From positions 55,023-75,022 of the forward strand of contig LXFE01000167.1 of assembly GCA_001929475.1 (NCBI GenBank): DNA of 20,000 nucleotides. The letters run 5' to 3'. The position numbers and the translations under genes were made by a program. Below the pieces are notes generated by a model. It was not told the DNA's origin. It saw only the letters and a program-made list of their open reading frames with translations, and made no database searches. This DNA is from Neolecta irregularis DAH-3 (lineage: Eukaryota). Below, in pieces: positions 12,323-20,000 of this stretch; position 1 is the stretch's first letter; each line of letters starts with the position of its first letter.

Positions 12323-13067
12323 TTAAAGCACGGTACTATTTTCCACTACCCATTGCATTCCTTTGGCAAGATTTTTGCCGGTGACTGCACTACATGGCAG
12401 TATATGGTGATTATGTGTTTTTATATTGCGTAGATCGAGTCTCTGTGCACGGGTCATCTTGATGAAATCTCGAAATAGCATACATTTTGTATTTCACTGC
12501 ATTGCATACCGCCGGCAATGTCTGTCTTGTTACAAAGTACGAGAAGACCGGCTCCCATGAGGCGCTGCAAGGTTTCAGCATCCATATATTAATACGAGAA
12601 ATACTTCCTCCTGAAGCAGATTATGAAGCTCGTGTCTGCAATCTTCAATGCGAAGACGGTCTGTAGAATCAACGACCCACACTACAACATCTGTTTTTTC
12701 AAAGTAATTCCTCCAATAACCACGTAGAGATTTCTGGCCGCCTACATCCCCTTGGATAAGTTCACAGGCGACAACAGAACACAATACAAATATTGAGTTT
12801 GTAACCCTGAAATTCAAGGCTTTTGATATTGAACCCGAGTGTTGGACTTTTCAAATAAGATTACATGGTTACACATGTATATTTCTCAAACCTGACTGTT
12901 GAAATATCTTCCCCGCTGATCTTTTTCAGGATTGTAGTCTTGCCTATAAAACCGGTAAACTGACCATCGATATAAAGATGAATACCCGCGGAATCAAGCC
13001 CGAGCATTAAGACTCTGAGTTCCTTCTCTTTCAGACGCTGTTTTTTCAAAATTGTATGTAAGCCCAT
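12323..13067 (-). CDS. ARL2: ARF-like small GTPase Arl2/Alp41/Cin4 (tubulin folding), 6 exons
   Basis: The spliced translation is [35 protein letters not shown]...SPTLGFNIK...[21 protein letters not shown]...NKTD...CSAVTGKNL. It has G1-G5 motifs and the Arl2-specific GQKSLR.YWRNYFE. Confidence 0.92.
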
Positions 13068-13138
13068 ATGTTGATGTAGGAGATGTAGATTTTGTCCGAT
13101 CAACCATCCTCACCTCCACCCAAAATTGTAACCACAGC

Positions 13139-13436
13139 ATGGAAAGAGCAGGCGCCAAAGGTCTCTCAAGACCAGTCCCTTTTGCTATGGTCTATATTTG
13201 TGCAGGTTCGTGTTCCTTGAAGGCACAGATGTCTGACCAGAGACTGCCGGGCCAAAATATCTATTCAGTCAGGAGAATCTGTTCGGTGCAGGGATTGCGG
13301 TCATCGTGTAATGTATGTTTTCAACTGGTAACAGGCAGTTTTGGTCTAATTTATAGGTACAAACAGCGGACAAAACGAGTGGGTGAGTACTTTTCCTGCT
13401 ATTGAACTCATTACAGTTCAATTTATGGCCCGCTAA
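13139..13436 (+). CDS. RPC10: RNA polymerases I/II/III shared subunit RPABC4 (Rpc10/Rpb12), about 60 aa, 4 exons; introns 13206-13242, 13313-13356, 13383-13416
   Basis: The spliced protein is MERAGAKGLSRPVPFAMVYICADCRAKISIQSGESVRCRDCGHRVMYKQRTKRVVQFMAR. It has the YICxxC...RCxxCGHR zinc ribbon and the KxRTKR.VQFxAR C-terminus. The ORF track does not recover it as such. Confidence 0.93.
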
Positions 13437-13707
13437 ATTCCCGATCATAGAAGTGCGTTGTGTTGGCCCAAGTCTATGTGACCATGAGCCGGGGATCTGG
13501 GGCTAGGGCTTTATGAATACATTTGTAGGTATAACCACTTGGAGTGATCGTAAGTAGTTTAGTATCCTACCGTGCACAACTGACTTGAACTCCAAAATGC
13601 AGATTTTTGTAAAATTTAGCAATATTGGCCTTATGCAAATTTATTTCTATTTCCATCATACAAAACGTGACGCTAGGATATACTGATCGCAAATCGTGCA
13701 ATCTCAG

Positions 13708-14657
13708 ATGGTTGGTATAAATCAACCTTCCAACCAAATCAAGTATGCATATTCCATCCGAATTAGTCATTCTTAATGACAGGCTTACAAATGTTTCCAT
13801 TGTACGACTTCGAAAGGGTGGGAAACGGTTCGAGGCTGCCTGTTATAGGAATAAAGTATTGGAATGGCGGTCAGGCGTGTATGCTATATCTCGAGACTGT
13901 GGCGCTCACTGGTACCAGAGAGTCTGATATTGATGAAGTATTGCAGATACACAGTGTCTTCATCAACGTGGGTAAAGGGCAGGTTGCCTCACAAGAAGAT
14001 CTCAGAAAATGTTTTGGTTCAGATGACATTGAAAAGATTCTTCTTGAAGTAAGTTTAACAATACCGTGTGCTGAATGCTCACGATCAAGATCCTCAAGAA
14101 AGGCGAACTGCAAGTTGGCGAGAAGGAAAGATCACATCAAATGGAGAATCTACAAAAGGATATTATTCTGACAATATCCTCTAAATGCGTTGACCCCCGT
14201 ACGAAGCGGCCTTATACAGTCGGAATCATCGAAAAGGCGATTGGCGAAATTGGATTTAGCATAAATATTGGAAAAAGTGCAAAGTCTCAAGCATGTTGTT
14301 GAGTCATTCTGGTCCTAATTCCCAGGCTTTAGAAGCGATCAAGCAACTCCAAGAAAAGGCCATTCTCCCTATAACACGCGCCAGAATGAGGGTTCGTATA
14401 ATCTGTGATATGAAGGAAGGCAAACGATTACACGAGAGATTGGTAGCCCTCGCGGCTGATATCGAAAGTGAGGATTGGAGTAATTCCTACGAAATGGTAC
14501 ATTTGATACAGTTTGATACTGAGCCCTGTAGATAGCTTCAATTGATCCTGGAAACTACCGAGCCATTGGAGATCTTCTCAGGGAGGAGAGTCACGGTAGG
14601 GGTCAGGTGGAAGTTTTGGACCTGCGAGATGCTGTCGACGGGGATGAAGTCTTTTGA
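13708..14657 (+). CDS. SDO1: Ribosome maturation protein Sdo1/SBDS, 6 exons; introns 13743-13782, 13879-13918, 14049-14089, 14291-14325 (GC-AG), 14497-14531
   Basis: The spliced protein contains [47 protein letters not shown]...[35 protein letters not shown] and IDPG.YR, which are SBDS family signatures. Confidence 0.95.
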
Positions 14658-15047
14658 GTAGAAAATTGAAGCAGACTGTGAATACGATATTGGAGTAATA
14701 TAAATATTCATCAAAAGTCAAGGGAAAATCGATAGTTGTATCCGGAACCTCTTCCATCCTTCTCAGTATTGATGTCTGCTGCGCCCATTATTATATTTCT
14801 GCATGAGGGAGTGGAATGAAGTAGATCAATTTTCTCAGATCTCACCTCATCTTTGCTCCATTTACTATTCTCGGGAACTGTGGTAAAGAGCTGAAGAACG
14901 ACAACCATTCTTCAAGGCCTTGTTGCTTTAGAAACAAGTTTTATATCTTGCAAGATTCATTGAACCTTTTGATTACGGAGAGTAAGCTCAACGCCAAAAG
15001 TATAATAAGACCAGGTAAACCCAAGTGTTGTAACTCCGTACAGGGAC

Positions 15048-15071
15048 ATACCTAGCCTGAAGGCTAGGTAT
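15048..15071. repeat. Perfect inverted repeat (10-bp stem, TGAA loop), followed by a 14-nt AT palindrome at 15070-15083
   Basis: ATACCTAGCC-TGAA-GGCTAGGTAT, then ATAATATATATTAT. Confidence 0.8.
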
Positions 15072-15499
15072 AATATATATTATGCCACCAACGCCTGGTT
15101 AGTGTATTGGTTGGGTTATCCTTACACTTTCAGCGAGATATCATCCTCTGAACATTGATGAGTTTAGAGGTCAATTTCTCAAGTGTCCTGAATAATACAT
15201 CTTGTTAAATTAGGATCTTAGCTTGAAAACAACGGTAAGCCAAGTGTGTTTCAAAGGAATATAGGCTATTGTACTATAATGAATATGTAAGAAAATAATC
15301 ACGCTATAGGCATCAATAATGGATCAAATCCGTAAATAACCCTATATTATCATAATTAGAACGGTAAAAAAGAGCTTCGCTAGAGAAGGGTTAACTAGAT
15401 TGAAAATTCCGACAAGAGATGTTTTTAGATGACACGAGTATGCTATCGCTCTAGAATTTGTATTGAAAAACTAGAATTTCTTGAAAACAATTGAATACT

Positions 15500-17689
15500 C
15501 TAGTCGCTGTCTGAAGATTCCGAGTCGCTTGGGTCCTCTTCGCTTTCGCCAGAGCTGGAATCATCGTCAGAGCTTTCCTCCGTCTTTCTAGATTTTCTGA
15601 CTGGTTGGCCTTTCATGTGATTTAATTGGCCGGCTATCGAATCTAGGGTGAGAAACATACTCCAAGGAACGAACCCTCATCAGGCTCAGAAATCTCATCA
15701 TCTGGGACGATCTCTTGCAGTTTGCTAGCTTCTTCGATATGAAGCTGCACGTTCAAGATATGATCAGTGCCGAGATAACTGTCACTTTTGATATAACCCT
15801 GGAAAGTATACACACCAGGACTTTGGGGAACTTGAAACTGAAGGCTCATAGTCTCGACTTGAGAACCAACACTGGGAGCAAGGGTTGGCGGTACAATTAG
15901 TCTATCCTGCTTGGCGTCGCTGATGAAAATCCAATAACGGGGAATATGTTGCTTGGGATAAAGTGGAGCATGTGCTTGCTCGTTCTTGTCTGGTTTTTTA
16001 CTCTTTGACAATATTTGATGTGTTTCCGCGTTTTCCGCGTCCTTGTCAACTAAATCCGATTCAGCAACAGGTATCTTTTGTCCGGGAACAAGAGTTCGTG
16101 CGCGAACGATAAACTGGACAATGGCGCCAGGTGCAACAATATTGTCACCGGGGACTTTATATAAGCAAAAGTCAGAATGGGCATACCTTTGAAGTAAGAG
16201 TTGACGACATCAAGTAGTGGGATTTGTTTTGCAACGCTCATTGCCTCATTGTAGGCCTTGTCATCTAAATCCTCGAGTAAGAATCTCCGTTCAGAGTCTT
16301 CAAGTGACATCAAATCATCCACAGTCTGAATATCCGGCCGCCGACCGTGTATTTTGTCAACAATGTCTCTGGTGATGCCCGTGATTTGCAAGAGCGGGGA
16401 GCCACCGATAGGAATTGCTTGAATGATACTCTGGGATAGATTCATGGCGGTCAAGATTGGTTGCAAGTATCCGAATGCAAGGGCAATAGTTAAAAGACCT
16501 CGCTGGAGTCGGAGCGCATTGTCCAATAGAACATGTTGATCTAACCATTAAAAGAATTGAAGACATGCATACCCTTTTCCAAATCCTTTGATTGCAGTTG
16601 CACTCTGTTCAGATGGGCAGAGAGTAAAGCGAGCGACTTTTTAGCCCATGCTTGATCTTTTCCTTTGACGTTAAGGGAACTGTCTGCCCGATGAGCCAAA
16701 GTCTTGACCTGCAGCTCTGAGAGACCGTTGTTCCTGTACGCGACTCTATATTCATCGCTCAAAGCAATCATGTCCGTTGCCGTGCCCGGGTCAATATGAT
16801 CGCTGAAATTGCGAAAAAAAGTTTCGGCAGATCTGATTCGAATACCGTCTTTTGTAAGTTGTTTACTGCCATTCCACCATCGTCCCTAGCGGTCAACATA
16901 TGGTTGAGGGAAAAACATACAACGTAATAAGGAAGCAAAACACCAATCAACAATGCATATAGTCCCAAAACATAAGCACTGTTTTGGCCTTCAATAATCC
17001 ATTTTGGAAGAGCAATGCCGACGCTAAAGTCTTGTTTGCCGTCAGGATGACCGAATTCTTCAAAATTCCTTCGAATGTCATCGTCAGTTAGACTGCAGGT
17101 TAACACAGTCTATTTGGCAGACGCACGCTTTATAAGCTTTAGTCAGCTCTACAAAATGGGCCACGAGGTCTTCCATGGTTTGATTTTCCAAGGGCTTGGC
17201 TTTGTCCGGGTGGCTATTTCAGTGGATGTGCGCAAGAGGACGGTACAATTTCAGACTTGCACGTTTGTAATGAGAGCGGATTTGTTGCGGGGTAGCGGAC
17301 TGTAGTGAAAACAAGGACTAGTAAAGAGATACCAGAGAAATGCCGAGAATTTTGTAGGGATCCCAAAAGATGCTTTCGATTTTGACGGTGGCGATGAGGT
17401 ATGCCATGTACCCAAACAAAGCCCAACCCGCGGTCAGGAGAACCATTCTAGGGGTGAGAAGCATTGCGGGTGGGCGATACTTTTTAGTGAGTTTGAATGA
17501 AGTGGCGGCGAGTTTCAGGGAGGAGTATTTCTTGGAGCAGGTGGAACAGGAGCATGTAGGGGGATTGAGATGGGAGCCTGCGGGGGGCACGAACAGCCTG
17601 TAGGTAGCAGGAAACAACAGGAGGGCCAAAAAGGTGAGGATAAAGTAGGGAAAGAACTGGGCGTTCTCGTCATAGTTGTACTGGGACAT
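15500..17689 (-). CDS. SEC63: Sec63 ER translocon J-domain protein, 9 exons (8 GT-AG introns of about 32-35 nt)
   Basis: N-terminus MSQYNYDENAQFFPYFILT plus TM segments, then WDPYKILGI, J-domain KF|HPDK, TKAYKALTD...FGHPDGKQ.FSVGIALP, the Sec63/Brl domain with KSDSYLGTD, and an acidic C-terminal tail. Stop TAG at 15502-15500. Confidence 0.95.
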
Positions 17690-17731
17690 TGTGGTGGAGG
17701 TTGAAATAAGAGAACCAATTTTAATTTTCTA

Positions 17732-19214
17732 TCAAAGAGCCTTGGTACGAGGAAAGCGTGCGCTGTAGATAGCATCCAACAGGGGACTAGCAGCAACCTG
17801 TCGCCCACCAAACCAACGACCGTTTAATCCCAAGATTGCATTTTCACCAGAGGAGATCTTTTCAAATTTTACATAAATTTCGCCGCCTTCGTCGACGTGG
17901 ATGTGGACTACTTTGCCGTATTTTTCTGTACATTCGGCGCGAACGTCGTCTTCGAGTTCGCGGAGGGAGTCGCTTGTTTCCCTGAATGTTAGCGGGCGCG
18001 ACCGGGGGCAGGTACTCGAGAGGATCAAACATGTTTTTGAGCAGGATGCAGCGGGAAGCGACGGTTGTTTCGATCTTGGGTTTGGTGTCCTTGTTTGCTC
18101 TGTGGACGGCCATGGGGCCTGCAGCCTGGCTGGTGGGGGCCGGTTCGCGGGCGAGTTTTTTCATGAGAGCTTCGCGGGAGATGTTTTGAAAGGAGACGCC
18201 TCCTGTTTCCGAGTCGTCGAGATTGGACTTGTCTTTTGAGCCGGTGTGGCGAGCCGAGTCTCTGCGGTCGTCGTAGTCGTCTCTGGCGCGGTCTGCGGGG
18301 GTGTCGTGGTCGCGGTCTTCGAATCTAGCAAGTTGAGCAGATGTTGATTCATTCGTAAACTTATCGCCTCCAAGACCCACTCTGATGGGGCGACCGGCGA
18401 GCTCGGTGCCGTTGAGTTTCTCGAGGGCTTCGCGGGCGGAGGAGGGGTCTTTAAACTGGACGTAGCCGTGGCCTCTGCTGCGGGTGGTGTCTGGTTCGGT
18501 CTGCAGGCAGACGCTCTCGAGCTCGCCAAAGGCCTCAAACACAGTCTTGAGGTCGTCTTCGGTGAGGGAGAAGTGGATGTTTCCGATGTAGAGCCGGTGG
18601 AAGGGGGCGTCGCCGGCGCTTTTCCCGAGCAGTTCGAGGCGGGCCTGTCTGTTCTTTTCTGCTTCAGTGAGCTGTGCGATGACTGGGATGCCCAGCAGAC
18701 GCTGGCCGGTCATGTTTATAGCCTTCTTGACCGAGTCTTCGTGTCTAAACTCGACATAGCCGACGCTGGCGGTCAGCGGCGGTGCATCCGCGCACACATA
18801 CCCTTTGGAGCGCCCCGAGACTCTGTCCTTTACGATCTGGGCGTCTCGCACGGGGCCGGCCTTGTCGAAGAAGGCGATCAGTTCCTTTGTGCGCAGCCGT
18901 GCGGCGAGCTGCTGCACAAAGACTGTTCTGCGGTCGCGCTCGTCTTCGGTGGGCGGCGGACTCGGGGGCCTTGACTGTCAGCGGCGCAGCAGGAGCGCGA
19001 ACCTGGACGGTTCTCTGCGGCGGTAGTCTCTGCGGTCGTCGTAGCGCCTGCGGGTGGGATCGTCGTGGCGGGGGCGATCTCTGCTGCGCGAGCGGCGCCG
19101 GTCTCTGCTGCGGGAACGGCGCCGGTCTCTGCTGCAGGCGCGGGCGGGAGGACCTCTGGGTGAGCCTTTTTTGAAAGGGGCTTCTACGAGGGCTTCCGTG
19201 TCGATGGCAGACAT
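17732..19214 (-). CDS. RBM39/CAPER-like (S. pombe Rsd1) splicing factor: RS domain, two RRMs and a C-terminal UHM; introns 18970-19002, 18766-18801, 17982-18015
   Basis: RS/RD-rich N-terminus, then EDERDRRTVFVQQLAARLRT, RNP1 SKG|VGYVEF, TEAEKNR, HRLYIGNIHFSLTE, SRCILLKNMFDP, EDDVRAEC..KYG and the UHM LNGRWFGGR. Confidence 0.9.
19074..19135 (-). repeat. About 2.5 copies of a 24-nt coding repeat (SRDRRRSR) in the RS domain
   Basis: Minus strand AGCAGAGACCGGCGCCGTTCCCGC / AGCAGAGACCGGCGCCGCTCGCGC / AGCAGAGATCGC. Confidence 0.7.
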
Positions 19215-19299
19215 CAGGGAGGCGGAGGGCAGCGGCGGCTGGGGGGGGTATGGGCAAAGGCCCTTAATTATTATAGAGCTATGTACCTAATTACACAGG

Positions 19300-20000
19300 C
19301 TAGCCCGACTGGGACGCGGCGACGTAGGCGTTGAGCGCATCGCGGGCGGCGCCGTCGCAGATGCTTGCGCGGGCGAGGGCGGCGGCGGTCTTCCAGCAGT
19401 CGGTGCGCCCGGCGGCGACCAGCAGCGCCGCCGCGTTGATGAGCACAAAGTCGAGCAGCGCGCCCTGCTCGGCGCCGTCGAGCAGCGCCGCGAGCGTCTG
19501 CGCGTTGTGCGCGGGCGAGCCGCCGGCGACCGCAGCCAGCGGGTGCGCGGCGACGCCAAACGCCTGCGGCGACAGCGTGAAGCAGCTCAGCGTGTTGTTG
19601 CGCACCCGGCAGACGTGGGTGGGGCCCGCGGGGGAGATCTAGGGTTAGTTAGGGTTAGGGTTAGGGTTAGGGCACGACCTCATCAAGGCCGTCCGCGCCG
19701 CAGACCACCAGGCCGTCGCGGCCCAGGCGCAGCAGCGCGTCTGCAAACGGGCGCAGCAGGCGCTGCGAGTGCACGCCGAGCACGCAGGCGCGGATGTTTG
19801 CCGGGTTGAGCAGCGGGCCGAGGGCGTTGAAGATCGTGGGGAACGGCAGCTGTCTGCGCAGCGCCGCGATGTCTGCCAGCGCCGGGTAGCAGGCCGGGGC
19901 ATACAGAAACGCAAACGGCGCGGCCAGCATGGCCTCGAGCGCAGCGGGCGACGGCGACAGCGAGCCGCCCAGCGCCGCCAGGATGTCTGCCGAGCCGCTC
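19300..20000 (-). CDS. TRP4: Anthranilate phosphoribosyltransferase (3' part; the gene continues past the window); intron 19639-19678
   Basis: SGSADILAALG, FAFLYAP..YPAL..IAALRRQLPFPTIFNALGPLLNP, GLDE|ISP and DFVLINAAALL are TrpD/Trp4 signatures. Removing 19639-19678 joins ORFs 19667-19930 and 19300-19605 in frame. Confidence 0.93.
19639..19672 (+). repeat. Interstitial telomeric repeat tract CTAGGG-TTAG-(TTAGGG)4 forming the body of the TRP4 intron
   Basis: The + strand reads ctaggg ttag ttaggg ttaggg ttaggg ttaggg. TTAGGG is the ancestral fungal telomere repeat. Confidence 0.92.

Noticed and set aside
14711-14908. 65-aa minus-strand ORF in the gap
   Set aside because: It is short, has no recognisable domain and has no supported upstream exon.
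14970-15265. Fragments resembling RNase MRP CR-V (GAGCTTACT), U2 (GCTAAGATC), snR30 m1 (ATATTCCT) and a C-box or hammerhead core (TTGATGA)
   Set aside because: In each case the required partner motif is absent or wrongly spaced (CR-I/P4, GTGTAGTA, m2 AAACCAT, or CTGATGA with GAAA stems).
15330-15395. TAACCCTA (+) and TAACCCT (-) as a possible telomerase RNA template
   Set aside because: The match is only 7-8 nt, there is little room downstream on the + strand, and I see no recognisable pseudoknot or P6.1. It is kept only as part of the uncharacterised gap.
239-17689. Apparent frameshifts or pseudogenes and alternative genetic code suggested by fragmented ORFs
   Set aside because: The breaks resolve as short spliceosomal introns under the standard code, apart from the two aberrant sites listed in the findings.
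19641-19672. A true chromosome end
   Set aside because: The tract is short and flanked on both sides by contiguous in-frame TRP4 exons.
18161-19914. Many long overlapping alternative-frame and antisense ORFs
   Set aside because: These are expected shadows of stop-poor, GC-rich coding sequence. The RBM39 and TRP4 frames explain the region.
19300-20000. Bacterial horizontal transfer or contamination of a trpD gene, suggested by over 70% GC
   Set aside because: The gene has a spliceosomal-type intron and fungal-type Trp4 motifs, and the GC rise is gradual through the neighbouring eukaryote-specific genes.

Overview
This is a compact eukaryotic (ascomycete) genomic window. Gene content and intron style suggest an early-diverging Taphrinomycotina/Neolecta-like genome (inference). 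By hand I can splice ten housekeeping genes with about 54 very short introns (32-44 nt): DBP6(-), SDA1(+), DRS1(-), a DIP2/CMR2/CPS1-family tandem acyl-AMP-ligase-like gene(+), ARL2(-), RPC10/RPB12(+), SDO1/SBDS(+), SEC63(-), an RBM39/rsd1 splicing factor(-) and the 3' part of TRP4(-). Five things stand out. (1) A 40-nt TRP4 intron is built almost entirely of telomeric CCCTAA repeats, which themselves supply the branch point and 3' splice site. (2) GC rises steeply from about 42% to over 70% toward the right end. (3) Each of the four 60S-biogenesis genes carries one GC-AG intron, and two of them have an even more aberrant splice site, while the other six genes have none. (4) Three same-strand genes are separated by only 85 and 42 bp. 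(5) The one long intergenic gap (about 840 bp) contains hairpins and intron-like signals. No mobile element, rRNA, tRNA or CRISPR is supported.
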